Shown here: positions 1 through 12,800 of the stretch, one piece after another
How positions within the stretch are numbered: position 1 is the stretch's first letter
How the letters are laid out: each line of letters opens with the position of its first letter
Assembly: GCA_965637545.1 (NCBI GenBank)
Contig: OZ281495.1
Location: 22,072,001-22,136,000 of the forward strand
Reading direction: 5' to 3'
DNA length: 64,000 nt
From: Phallusia mammillata
Lineage: Eukaryota
Notes under the pieces: generated by a model
Databases searched by the model: none
What the model saw: only the letters and a program-made list of their open reading frames with translations
What the model was told of the DNA's origin: nothing
Program-made: the position numbers and the translations under genes

Positions 1-1911
1 CGATGTTGAGCTGCTTTAACATATGCCATACAATATGTCGCGGGGTCTATAGTTCCATCACCTGGCGAATACACAGCTCCGTACATATCATCGACGTTCA
101 ACAGTGGATGTATTTCCTTTGCCTCTGCTGGCGTTATTTCTTGTATTTCAACTCCAAGCCCCTTTGCAAACTTTAAGGACGGTTTCATTGTACTAGTTTT
201 ATAACGTTTTATATAACAGTGGAACTACTTACTGATGTCTGAAGCGTGAAATCTTTGTATTCTTCCTTAGTCTTTGCTGTTAAAATGGTGCCAGTACGTT
301 GCCAACCAGCACTATCCCCATTTTCCTCGGGAAGTATCTTGCTTATTAAATCCCGTGTTTGCAGTTGTAATAGTGTTTCCGATTCGCTGCCACGAAAACT
401 CCATAAAATTCCTACAATACATTCGTACGCAAGGTAACAAGTGAGCTTAATCTAATGCAGGGGTCGGCAACCTTTTAAGCGACGCGTGCTAATTTACTTG
501 TTATGTTCATGTGGAAATGACATCGCGTGCCATCATTTTTCTGAGTATTAGTGGTTTGTGCCAGCTGATATCAATAATAAGGAGAAGCAGAGTGTTTTGT
601 GCATCTAGGCTGGATTTTACCACTTTGGCACAATAAAAAATGAAAACAAGCAGTGTAACAGGTTAAAATTAGTACGCCAATATAAACACGCAAATCGCCA
701 GGGGTTGCCGACCCCTGGTCTAATGTAAACACCACAATCTCCAGTTCTTGTTGTAAAGCCAAATCAACAAGCAATCGTTAGTCCAGGGGTGGGGAACCTG
801 CGGCCTAAAGGCCGCATGCCTTGTACCGTTAGCGTCTGGATACATATCCAGGATACACAAATATCTGCACACAAGTTACGAAAGGAAACAGCGACTAGCT
901 AATCCCCAACACACAATCAAACGCGCAACACAGACGCTAACGTTACAAGGCAAACACACACAATCTCAAACACAAGTTATAATTTGCGAACTTTATGTTT
1001 TTATATGTTGATTGCTACAGTATCTACATTTTCAAGTAACATACAGAGTCGATTGTTCGCGCACTATATTTGTATTGTTTTATTATTGCTTGTGACATAT
1101 TAAATTGACATTAAAACAATCCCACGCAAAGTGATTTTACAACACTAAACTTAACTCATTCTGTATTTTACTTTCGAAAGGAATGAACTAACTTTCAGTT
1201 GGTAACTCAACAGTTTTATTTTGCCAATATATTTTCAGTTTTATAAATATATTTAGCTTGGACTGCAAGTGCTCGAAAAAAATTGCCAAAGGACCGTTAT
1301 GAAAAAAAATTAAAAAGTTTGAGAACCGCTGTTCTAAATATTATTTTTCATTTTTTGTATTAGTTTTATTGTTGTTTTGATTCACCTAATTCGTGATTGT
1401 CGTGGTCAACTCGTGTGTCGCTGTACTTACATACTTTATTGTTTGCAGTTACGTTTCTTATTGTCATACATTTTTTAATTTTGTAACTGAAGCCCTCCAA
1501 TTTTGAATGTTTGTATTTAACTAACCTACCCTTGCGGTTTATTTTTACAAATAGAGCTTGTTCAGCATGCCATAAGTAAAAACTATCAAAAATCCTGTTA
1601 CCTGCTGTATGCCAGGTTGTTCCAGAAGTAATTTTGTGTTTTTCAACAAGTACAACTGAACCACCGTTTTGCTTTGCAAGGTGGTAAGCAGCACTGCATC
1701 CGACACTTCCACCACCGATTACAACCACATCAGCTTCAGTGGGAAATTTTGCCTGGTCCGTGGATTTATCACTTTTGCTTTTGTGAATTGATGTTTCATA
1801 TGGCACATCCTTAACATCTTGTGAACTGTTGCGAATGGAACCAAGGCTAGCCCTTGTACACCTCAAAGAGGTCAGTTTATTAAAGTTTTGCAATCTACTT
1901 GTAATTGACAT
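1..1911 (-). CDS. SARDH: Sarcosine dehydrogenase-like mitochondrial flavoprotein, 5' part (exons 1911-1602, 411-233, 170-<1); continues beyond window start
   Basis: Translation gives the FAD motif VVIGGGSVG, TSGTTWHTAG (covalent-FAD His; SARDH has TTWHTAG, DMGDH has STWHAAG) and YSPGDGTIDP. Introns are GT-AG and phase-compatible. The N-terminus is basic, resembling a mitochondrial transit peptide. Confidence 0.85.
458..717. mobile_element. hAT (Charlie-like) MITE, 260 bp, in SARDH intron 1
   Basis: TIRs CAGGGGTCGGCAAC / GTTGCCGACCCCTG; 8-bp flanks atctaatg / gtctaatg (7/8 TSD). Confidence 0.85.
817..952. repeat. Small foldback element with 22-bp inverted repeats
   Basis: tgccttgtaccgttagcgtctg (817-838) is the reverse complement of 931-952 with one mismatch. 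The interior (gcgac..ctaatccccaac.cac) resembles 5215-5270. Confidence 0.5.
1269..1331. mobile_element. Terminal fragment of the CAGCGGTTCTCAAAC hAT MITE family
   Basis: Ends in gtttgagaaccgctg and aligns by eye with 57850-57913. Confidence 0.6.
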
Positions 1912-2064
1912 GTTTTAAAATCACAGGCACTACAAAAACAAGACTAGCTGAGAGTGATGAAAGAATGGCAAATTGACATCAGCAAAAAAAATATGTAAAT
2001 TCTATTTAAATATTATTCAGCAAATCTGAATTTGTATGACGAAAAGTTTGAATAATACACTTTC

Positions 2065-2754
2065 TCAAAATGCAGGAAGGCCAAACAATTCTGGATTAAA
2101 ATCTTCCATACTTTTCAAATACAGTGTGGCCTTTTCTGCATGTTTTTTCACATACTCAAATGGAACTTTATCATGGGGAATCATGACAGCTTGCATGTTG
2201 GCAGCCAATGCAGCTTCAACTCCATTCGGTGCATCCTCAAATACTAAAACTTCAGAAGCATCTGGTATGGGTTGGAACCTTTTCATTGTAACCTCATAAC
2301 CATCAGGGTGAGGTTTTCCATTTATAACTTCCTTGTCATCACCACACAGTACAATGGGGTTAAACATCGCAAAAAAATCCTTTAAATGTGAGGTTTTTGC
2401 CATGTAAGCCTTTTCAGAAGAACCAGTACATATTCCAACAGGTATGTTGTGCTGTTTTAGGTGTTTAACCAATTTTTCAACACCAGGAAGAAGTTTTGAT
2501 TGGGAAAATATTGATGGCAATTGTGCAGAAAGCATTTCTGCGAACTGGGAAACTGTTACAGGTAATGATAACTTTTCAATGGTATGGTGTGCAGCTGAAT
2601 CTGGTTTCATTCCCATTATGTTTATTTTGATTGACCAGTCAAAGACTTTTCCATATGGTTTGCATATGTTTTGAAAAGCGATGGTGTACAAGTCTTCTGT
2701 GTTGAGAAGCAGCCCATCCATGTCAAAGATAACATGAGTGACTTTTTTAAACAT
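2065..2754 (-). CDS. PUDP: Pseudouridine-5'-phosphatase (HAD-superfamily, HDHD1/GS1-like), single exon, 229 aa
   Basis: HAD motif I HVIFDMDGLLLNTE, motif II ICTGS, GKPHPD, motif IV VFEDAPNGV, and C-terminal FNPELFGLPAF. The likely ATG is at 2754, just downstream of AG acceptor-like sites. Confidence 0.9.
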   Translation of the reverse strand: MFKKVTHVIFDMDGLLLNTEDLYTIAFQNICKPYGKVFDWSIKINIMGMKPDSAAHHTIEKLSLPVTVSQFAEMLSAQLPSIFSQSKLLPGVEKLVKHLKQHNIPVGICTGSSEKAYMAKTSHLKDFFAMFNPIVLCGDDKEVINGKPHPDGYEVTMKRFQPIPDASEVLVFEDAPNGVEAALAANMQAVMIPHDKVPFEYVKKHAEKATLYLKSMEDFNPELFGLPAF

Positions 2755-4742
2755 TGTAAGACCTAAGATTGTTAACTGTGGTAAAAAGTATTTGCTTGGA
2801 AAAAAAATGTAAGTCACCACTAAAATATTGCACAGTATAACCTATTTTCTGGCTCGAGTCCTGACAAGTGTCATTCTGTTACAAATCTTTTGTATAAACA
2901 TACTGTAGTGTTGTTGTTTTCAATCTATAATTTCTTGCCAATGCAAGTCTTTTCTATGCCAATATTTGAAAGTGATAGTTTGATACTAGGTACAGTGTTA
3001 CAGGCTAGGAGACAAATGGTAAAAATGTTTTTCAACTTTACACATGTTAATTGCTAATGCAACCCATTTTGTCATTAGGTAATCAAAACCTAGTCTGAAT
3101 GTAACTTTCTAGCATAAAATGTTTGCTGTTTCGTCAGAATTTGCTGGCAGACAAAAGTGAACAGTGAAATGTGATAATATGTTGTTATTGATCCGGGATT
3201 TCCCCTAAATCGACACTTAAAATCAAAGACAAACCGAGATGGCGATAACATTACACTATTTATTCGATTACAAGCCACGACTTACAAAGTTTTTTTTTAC
3301 CGTTAAGTGGCTTACATTTTAATTTCATAACAATATTGTTTCTGCACGCCTGCTTTTTGATTCATTTCAGGACGGTGAAAAATTACATTGTTTTTTAACA
3401 CCTCAACATGGAGCTTACAATCCAGTAAATACGGTAGTTGTTTGAGGTATGAAATCGAAATGTGCGCCATCATTTCATGTTTAGTAGGAAATGCTTGTGA
3501 ATAACGCAACACATGTAAATGCTAAGTACAAACAAGTATGGCGAGTCTTCCTTAATATAAAAGACAGAAAGACAAAAACCAAACAGCTGTTTGAATGCGA
3601 TGGGGCGTAAAGTTGGTAAGGGTTTGGAAATTTTATTCGATTTTGTTTAAAACACCGAGTAGCCTAATGGGACGGCAAATATGCATTGTCGGCTTAAACC
3701 TGATTTGACTTGTGATTATTCTAATAACCTTAGTTTAGGACCAAATATTTATAATGCCTTGTCAAATAAGCTCGTCAAATAAATCATTTGCTTATTGAAG
3801 GGCACAGCGTAATTGTCAAACAACGCAGGTTCATTGAGGATATTTTTGTTATCGGGCGACCCAGAAAATTTCTACAGATCAGTTGAAATATATTTCGTAA
3901 CCCATAGGCGCCCACTTGCTAAAATCGGCGGTGAGGCAGAATTTTATAACTCGGTAAAGACGGAAATATTTTCAGCCCGGACGTCACCTAACGTCGCAAG
4001 TTACACCCTTTGCAGTGCTTCTGTACTGGTATACATAACATTAGCAGCTGATGCCGACCCAACTATACAGTAATAATTTTTTTCTTTCCCCGCAACAATT
4101 ATTACAAAGCATGTTTTATTTTTACGCAACAAGGCGCACATGCGTATAAAAAGCCATTACACTAATCGTTCCTTACGTTTCTAGGTCGTTTGGTTGGTTT
4201 CAACCATGTTTTCTATTTACACAGCAAATTGCATGTAACGTATTTAAGTTTAGTTTATTTTAAATCAGGAATTACGAAGGTAAAGCCTGCGAAGGTATTT
4301 GTTCTAAATATATATCTTGGAAAACAACGAGTTAACCGTTAAAAGTTAATTTGCTACGAAAGTGTTCCCACAACAACATATGGTCTTAAGTTTAGCCTAC
4401 CTAGTTTTGCACTTCACAGGACGCATAAAAATGATCCAAAAACAGTTTGTTACATCACAGACAAGACTTAAAGTATGAATGCTTTCGTTACTGTGTGTAT
4501 ACAGGTGCCTTTCTTTGTTAATTGTGATGACATAAATGAGAAGTTAGTAATTTATGGCACATAATTTTATTGTTCGACAGTAGCGCTATCTCTTAATAAT
4601 GTTGTAGCTCCTGCTGGTCCCACAAAAGCGCTCTGTAGACCACAATTGCGGAACGGCCCTGCGTTTGAGCTTGTAAGCTATGTGGCCGCCTATTGTCATT
4701 TTCATGTTATGCGGCACACCCTAAAAAAATGCTACCCCCTTC

Positions 4743-7700
4743 GCAAACGATGTCAATTTGTGTCGATGTTGCTGCATAAATTAACGCAAAACTTGTTTAT
4801 GACGTAGCCAGCGACGCAGATACCCGGGGAGTGGGCGCCAGTGTCGTAGCCTATAGAGCGCAAGTAGTATTGGGTCACAAAGGCAACTGTTATTTAAATC
4901 GCCGCATAGTAGCAATTAGATTACATGTATATGGGGACGATGTGTACGTTTTTGCCAGTAACCTATATTACAAAAAAGATTAGGGGCGTAATGAGATAGT
5001 GAAGTAGTTTGAGCACAGAAGAGTCGTGACTCCAGAACGAAGAGTGTCTAGAGTAGACTCCGGAATGTAGAGTGTTTTATTGAACAAAACGCAAAACCTT
5101 ATAGGCCTATAGCGCAAAACACATGGTACGAAATTCAGAAGGAACAACTAAATCACTTTTGCAGGCGCAAGGGTGGAAACATAAGCTTCCTGACTCCGTG
5201 ACAACGGAAAATCGCGACGGCCTAATCCCCAACGCACAAACACGAAATTTCGGACACACAACAGTACGCTACGTTTAAATGACTTTGGTTAATTTTAGAA
5301 GTTTATGATTTTAAATCTAATGCTTTCGCATGTCAACCACTACATCCATTTGTAAACGAGTGTGCATTAGAAAACAGTTTAAAAAGGCTGAGTAAGATTA
5401 AAATCCTTTAAAATATTGTATGAATGAAATGGTTGTCAAGTGAAAACAAACCTGCTACTAACAAATCGGCTGAACTTGGGCCACACAATGCATTCAATGT
5501 CAATCAACCGTCCTAAAATGCTGTCCCTAAACAAATGCCTTCCGGAACCGTGGCTAACAACGCGACTAAATACTTTCGTGGCAAAAAAAAAACAGAACGT
5601 AAGTCAGTGACTTTTTACAACTCTTTTTGGTGTAAGTTACAACTTGTAACATAGGCTACGCTTATGTTTTTCAAACAATGAATAGGACCAGCAGTTAACC
5701 ATATGCGAACAATTTAATAGATACCTCAATTAATTTCGGCAACAGCTTTATTATAGTAACTTACCTTGACAGTGCAGAAACTTGTTCAAGAGGCATGTTT
5801 GTAACTTGATGTTCGATAAAAGTTAACACTCAATTGAAAACACATTCTTATTGCAAAACAATAGTTAGGCTGTATTTTGACAATTATTTTGCAATGCACG
5901 TTTCAATCACATGTTTAAAAATCGTTAGTGTTTAAAAGCCTGTTTAGGCTTAAATATGTTCGATTGTTCATGATAAACAGTTTGCTCAATATACCTCTAC
6001 CTCACAACTTCCTTCGTTGTAACACCCAAAACTTCGGTTTGAAATGTAGACTAAAGGTAACACCAGCACACAACGCTATGTATGTACACAAGCAGGTACA
6101 TTATCAACTCTAAATAACCAAATATAAGTTACCTTACAAAACATAAATGACTAATCCATGCTAAACATACTATACAAGATCGTTACAGGGCAATGATACA
6201 TGCTTCTCCAATTAGCTGTCTGTTTCTAAGTATATTTAGCTGCAAAATTTCTGTTTTTCATTGACTTCGGTTGGCTAGAGCCTACTGTGTGCGTTGTCTT
6301 TTTCTCTTGCAGGGCTTCCTGAGTGGATGTGCAAACGATGTCAATTTGTGTCGATGTTGCTGACCGAGTTTAAGCAAACACTTCTTGCATGTTTTTATCC
6401 AATGGCTCATTGGCATATAACCAGGGTTGCCATCGACATGGAACTCGAAATAAGGACACACGAACAACTGGAATTTCATGTCAAGGAAAACAAACGTTTT
6501 TGAACAAATCTTTGCATATATACGAGCCTTGACATATCACATGTAATATTTCTTTTTGCCAGGAACAATCTGTTCCAACTACTTGTTCGTAGAAAACAGT
6601 TAGTGCATCTTACGACAGCCCAGCTGCCCAGGTCTAGATTTACTTTTAGCAGGGATTTGACCTGTAATTGTTAAAAGTAAGACAAACTAAGGACTCAAGT
6701 CAAAAACAAGGACAGTTCTTAGAAATAAGGACAAAAACTTTTTCTAAGACATTGTCCTTCAAAACAAGGACAAATCTTAGAAATAAGGACAGTATGACAA
6801 CCCTGCATAGAACACTTCTAGTGTACGTTTGTGACGTAACAAAATGCGTTGTTTGATTTTTCAGAAAGGTGTGTCTGTTCAAACTAGGCAGTCGTACTGT
6901 ACAGTAGTACATAGTTACTACAAAACTGTATGTGCATAAATTAACGCAAAACTTGTTTATGACGTAGCCAGCGACGCAGATACCCGGGGAGTGGGCGCCA
7001 GTGTCGTAGCCTATAGAGCGCAAGTAGTATTGGGTCACAAAGGCAACTGTTATTTAAATCGCCGCATAGTAGCAATTAGATTACATGTATATGGGGACGA
7101 TGTGTACGTTTTTGCCAGTAACCTATATTACAAAAAAGATTAGGGGCGTAATGAGATAGTGAAGTAGTTTGAGCACAGAAGAGTCGTGACTCCAGAACGA
7201 AGAGTGTCTAGAGTAGACTCCGGAATGTAGAGTGTTTTATTGAACAAAACGCAAAACCTTATAGGCCTATAGCGCAAAACACATGGTACGAAATTCAGAA
7301 GGAACAACTAAATCACTTTTGCAGGCGCAAGGGTGGAAACATAAGCTTCCTGACTCCGTGACAACGGAAAATCGCGACGGCCTAATCCCCAACGCACAAA
7401 CACGAAATTTCGGACACACAACAGTACGCTACGTTTAAATGACTTTGGTTAATTTTAGAAGTTTATGATTTTAAATCTAATGCTTTCGCATGTCAACCAC
7501 TACATCCATTTGTAAACGAGTGTGCATTAGAAAACAAGTGAAAACAAACCTGCTACTAACAAATCGGCTGAACTTGGGCCACACAATGCATTCAATGTCA
7601 ATCAACCGTCCTAAAATGCTGTCCCTAAACAAATGCCTTCCGGAACCGTGGCTAACAACGCGACTAAATACTTTCGTGGCAAAAAAAAAACAGAACGTAA

Positions 7701-8428
7701 GTCAGTGACTTTTTACAACTCTTTTTGGTGCAAGTTACAACTTGTAACATAGGCTACGCTTATGTTTTTCAAACAATGAATAGGACCAGCAGTTAACCAT
7801 ATGCGAACAATTTAATAGATACCTCAATTAATTTCGGCAACAGCTTTATTATAGTAACTTACCTTGACAGTGCAGAAACTTGTTCAAGAGGCATGTTTGT
7901 AACTTGATGTTCGATAAAAGTTAACACTCAATTGAAAACACATTCTTATTGCAAAACAATAGTTAGGCTGTATTTTGACAATTATTTTGCAATGCACGTT
8001 TCAATCACATGTTTAAAAATCGTTAGTGTTTAAAAGCCTGTTTAGGCTTAAATATGTTCGATTGTTCATGATAAACAGTTTGCTCAATATACCTCTACCT
8101 CACAACTTCCTTCGTTGTAACACCCAAAACTTCGGTTTGAAATGTAGACTAAAGGTAACACCAGCACACAACGCTATGTATGTACACAAGCAGGTACATT
8201 ATCAACTCTAAATAACCAAATATAAGTTACCTTACAAAACATAAATGACTAATCCATGCTAAACATAATATACAAGATCGTTGCAGGGCAATGATACATG
8301 CTTCTCCAATTAGCTGTCTGTTTCTAAGTATATTTAGCTGCAAAATTTCTGTTTTTCATTGACTTCGGTTGGCTAGAGCCTACTGTGTGCGTTGTCTTTT
8401 TCTCTTGCAGGACTTCCTGAGTGGATGT
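4743..8428. repeat. Recent ~2.1-kb tandem duplication with internal deletions (A-B-A-C-B')
   Basis: A (32 bp) occurs at 4743-4774 and 6331-6362. B occurs at 4775-6330 and 6935-8428. The B copies differ by about 4 substitutions, one A-run length and a 62-bp deletion in B'. Confidence 0.95.
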
Positions 8429-9861
8429 GTTTTAGTATGAACAACAGTTATCCAAGTACCCGACACAGTTTACTTTGCGCTTGTGCCTTTTGCAACTGTT
8501 CCGTTCAAGCACCAAATGGGACTGCTACCCTGCACTTTATACGCAAAAGTCTGCAAGGGTTCCCCTTCGGAACCAACAGTTCTCTTCTACGTAGCTGCGA
8601 GGACGTGTGTAAACACTGCAGAACACGTGTTATAGGCGGCAAATTTCGTCTTTTTGCAAGAACTTATTTATTCAAAGTCGTGTGGTAAAATGTAGACCTG
8701 CCCACAAAATTAATCTTTGGCGATTTCACTCTACACTATAACTTACAATTTGTAAGGTGACGTTTAGACACTTCTTTAATCAGATCAGTGTATATTATTG
8801 TCTTACAGTCCACAAGTGGCAAACTAAAACAAAACTTTATCTCATAGCATAAATAAATACAAAAAATACATTGGATTCGTGGATTTGTACAATGTGATTT
8901 CATCAGTTACACATGATGTAGGTTATAGGTTAAACTTTGATACAATCGACAAGGATCTGGTCCTTTCGATATTAAGTGCAATAAAGTGCCTTTAGGTGTA
9001 CCAAGACCTGAGAACTACAGGATCAAGGATTAACACTGCCGCAGTAGGCTGCAAACGATAAGTAAACACGGGAAATTTCATTGTACATCCTGATTCGGGG
9101 AGACTAGCGCATTCAAATGCAAACTACAAAGCACGAAAGCAAGTGACTATAAGTACAAAGCCAACTGGAAATGTTCAAACATGCTGGAACTTGGCAAGGT
9201 TTTGGTTATTCCTGTACAAAGACCTCAAAGTCAGAACCAAACAGGCATTACAGTGTTGTAAGATTGTTGACTATTGACAATTTTACTTATGCTGATTACA
9301 GGCAATAAAATAAAACTTTGGTAGGATGAATACAGTGACGATAGATTGCACGAGCAAATAGACTAAAATGCCTACATAACTCTACAAATATTTACACAGC
9401 AAGCGCAACGTGAAATGAGTCTTGAAGGACAAAGATATTTTCTCTTCTTTAGGAGCTCGTACACTTTTCTGTGCTAATATTGATTGACCTATATTTAGAA
9501 TATCTGACAAAGGCGAAACGTTCAAACTTTGATCCACAACTCATTTCACGGCGAAGATTGCAAAACTAAAATAGGTTAAAAGTCATGGAACAAGGAAATA
9601 TACACCGTGTTGCCTATGTACAAATTGTAAAGTTAAAACTTGGAATGATGATGTATAAGCATAACCTATATAAATTAGGTATATGCTTATTTAATTTGTT
9701 AGCAGAACTGGATTGAATGCGGAAGCAAAAAAACCTGCTATTAAATGTTTGATGTGTTTCTGTTGCAAAAGAAAAACTCGCTCTTTAGTTCTATTTATGG
9801 TCTACTCAGTAAGGTATTGCAGGCGCAAGCAGCCTTAAACTGCGTTTTAACATCTTTGCTT

Positions 9862-12800
9862 TTATTCATCAATTATCTCATCATCGCTGTCGGGTTCGTA
9901 GTCTATGATGTTACCGTCCTCGTCAACATAATTTCCATCTTCATCCATGTATATCACCTCTTCCTCTTCTTCATCATCATCGTACTCTTCAACCACCTCC
10001 ACTTCGTCTTCATCAATCGGATTGCCGTCCGCATCAACGTAATTTCCATCCTCATCAACGTATACAACTTCTTCATCGGATCCAATCTCTTCCTCTTCGG
10101 AGTCTGTAACGTAGATGATCTGGTTTCCGTCTTCATCAAATTCTGCACCTTCGTCTACTTCGATCTCGTTCCCATCTTCATCTACGTACACAATCACCTC
10201 TTCCTCTTCGTATTCAACATCCTCGTCGTCTTCCTCGTATTCTACTTCTTCGTCAGTTTCGTACTCGATCTCTTCCTCGTATTCTTCTTCGTATTCTTCT
10301 TCGTAATCTTCTTCGTCGTCGTAATACTCTTCCTCATATTCGGAATCTAGCTCTTCCTCATCTCCTGTTTGACCTTCGGTGGGCACTACAACGTCCTTAT
10401 CTGTAATACAAAGGTAGCTTTCAATAATTGATAGCAAGTTTAATAGCAGTTTTTACACAGTGGACTACTTAATCCAAAGCTAACAAACTCAATTGATGCT
10501 AGAACTGTACAATTCTGTGTGACATTTATATGATACAAGTAACCAACAAGTAAACTAGTCCGAACCTGATAAATGATCGCTGATGTCTGAATAAACTTCC
10601 GCCTTGTCAATGTCCGGTTCAAGGGTTTCTGTGGGTTTATGTTCAGTGCTTTGAAGCTCCTGGTACGTAGGATGTTCTTCCATTTGACGTATCTTGTCCA
10701 GCAGTTTAGCTTCACGTTCTTTGTCCTGCTGATCTCTGGCCTCTATGGCATGTTGTCGGTATGTGTGAATGTATTTGGCACGGGACCGTGCTCTCCATTT
10801 TTCGTTGATAATTATTCCACCTTCATCATCGTAATCCACGTCGCTTAGTTGCTCTTCGTCTAGTAAAGCGTCCAGTTTAGCTCGAGGTATTTGTTCGGTA
10901 GGTTGCCCGCCAGGAGGGGTTGACACTACCGTTTCAGGGTAATTGTGAGTTTCAGTTTGTTCTGTTACTGACTGAGACGACCGTTTGAAAGAAATTTGGC
11001 TACGGTCATTTCTACGGACTGTTGAGGAAGTGTCGTTAAGTGACGTTTCATCGCTTTCTTTTGGATGTTCCTGATCTGTGGGCGGTTGATCTAGTTTCTC
11101 TTGATCTTCATTAATCATCTGGTCACTGGATTGGTTTATTTCCGATGCTTCATTATAGTTTGCGTCTTCAGTGTTCTTTAAATTTTCGTCATGGTTGAGA
11201 ACTGCCTCGTCGGAATTCGTTTGAACATTTGACCGTCTTGGAATCGATTTAGGAGGTACTCCAAAATCTTGACTTTCAGCTTCTTGTTTATTTTCTTGTG
11301 TTTTGGTGATGACTACATTTTCTTCCATCGGCTCTTCGTTACTTTTGGTGGCGACTGGCCTTTCCTCGTCAAGTTCTTTATACGTTTCGGTGGTGACTGT
11401 TTTTTTATTATCTGGTTCATCTTTCTCCGGTTCTTTGTATATTTCGGGGGTAGCTGATTCTTCTTCCTCCGGTTTATCGTATGTTTCAATTACGACTGGT
11501 TTTTCTTTGTCCGGTTCTTTAGACGTTTTGATGGTGACTGGTTTTTCATCATCCGGTTCATCATACGTTTCGGTGGTGGCTGGCTTTTCTTCAACCGGTT
11601 CTTCGTAGGTTTCGGTGGTGTCATGTTCCTTTTCCACCTGTTCTTCATACGTTGCGGTAGTGGCTTGTTTTTCTTCTTCAGTCATTTCTTCGTACGTTTC
11701 AGTGGCGGCTGATTCTATATCATCCGGTTTATCGTACGTTTCGGTGGCGGCTTGTTTTTCATCATCCGGTTCATCGTAAGTTTCGGTGGTGTCTAGTTTT
11801 TCATCAACCGGTTCTTCGTAGGTTTCGGTGGTGGCTGGTTTTTCATCAACCGGTTCTTCGTAAGTTTCGGTGTTGGCTGGTTTTTCATCAACCGGTTCTT
11901 CGTAAGTTTCGGTGGTGGTTGGTTTTTCATCAACTGGTTCTTTGTGAGTTTCGGTGTTGGCTGGTTTTTCATCAACCGGTTCTTCGTAAGTTTCGGTGGT
12001 GGCTGGTTCCTTTTCCATCTGTTCTTCATACGTTTCGGTAGTGGCTGGTTTTTCATCAACCGGTTCTTCGTAAGTTTCGGTGTTGGCTGGTTTTTCATCA
12101 ACCGGTTCTTCGTAAGTTTCGGTGGTGGCTGGTTCCTTTTCCATCTGTTCTTCATACGTTTCGGTAGTGGCTGGTTTTTCTTCAACCGGTTCTTCGTAAG
12201 TTTCGGTGGTGGCGGGTTTCTTTTCCATCTGTTCTTCATACGTTTCGGTAGTGACTTGTTTTTCTTCTTCAGTCGGTTCTTCGTACGTTTCAGTGTTGGC
12301 TGATTGTATATCCTCCGGTTTATCGTACGTTTCGGTGGTGGTTGGTTTTTCATTATCTGGTTCTTCTTCCTTCGGTTCTTTGTACGTGTCAGTGGTAGCT
12401 GGTTCTTCTTCCGCCGGTTTATCGTACGTTTCGGTCGAGGCTGGTTTTTCTTCTTTAGCTGGTTCTTTGTACGTTTCGGTGTTGAATGGTTTTTCTTCAG
12501 AAGGTTTATCGTACGTTTCGGGGGTAGCTGGTTCCTCCTCCTCCGATTTATCGTACGTTTTGGTGGTGGATATTTCTTTAGCCGGCTCTTTGTACGTTTC
12601 GGGGGTGGCTGGTTCTTCTTCCTTCGGTTTATCGTACGTTTCGGTGGTAGTGGATTTTTCTTCAGTCGGATCTTCGTACGTTTCGGGGATGGCTGGCGTT
12701 TCTTCAACTGGTTCTTGGTGCGAGTCGGTTGTAGCTAGTTCTTCTTTCTCCGGTTTATCGTACTCTGGTTGCTTTGTATGTTCTTGCACCATAACGTTTT

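Noticed and set aside
783-816. CAGGGGTGGGGAACCTGCGGCC hAT end (also a similar fragment near 58615-58650)
   Set aside because: These are isolated termini without a partner TIR or TSD, so they are not called as elements.
8392-8688. 98-aa Cys-rich ORF after a + strand acceptor
   Set aside because: No domain pattern was recognised and no upstream coding exon could be linked.
9745-10350. 201-aa hydrophobic + strand ORF resembling a membrane protein
   Set aside because: It is the antisense shadow of the Glu/Asp-rich exon; GAA/GAT codons read as Phe/Ile on the other strand.
11325-12690. CRISPR-like or satellite array
   Set aside because: The units are contiguous, in-frame coding repeats with no unique spacers, in a eukaryotic exon.
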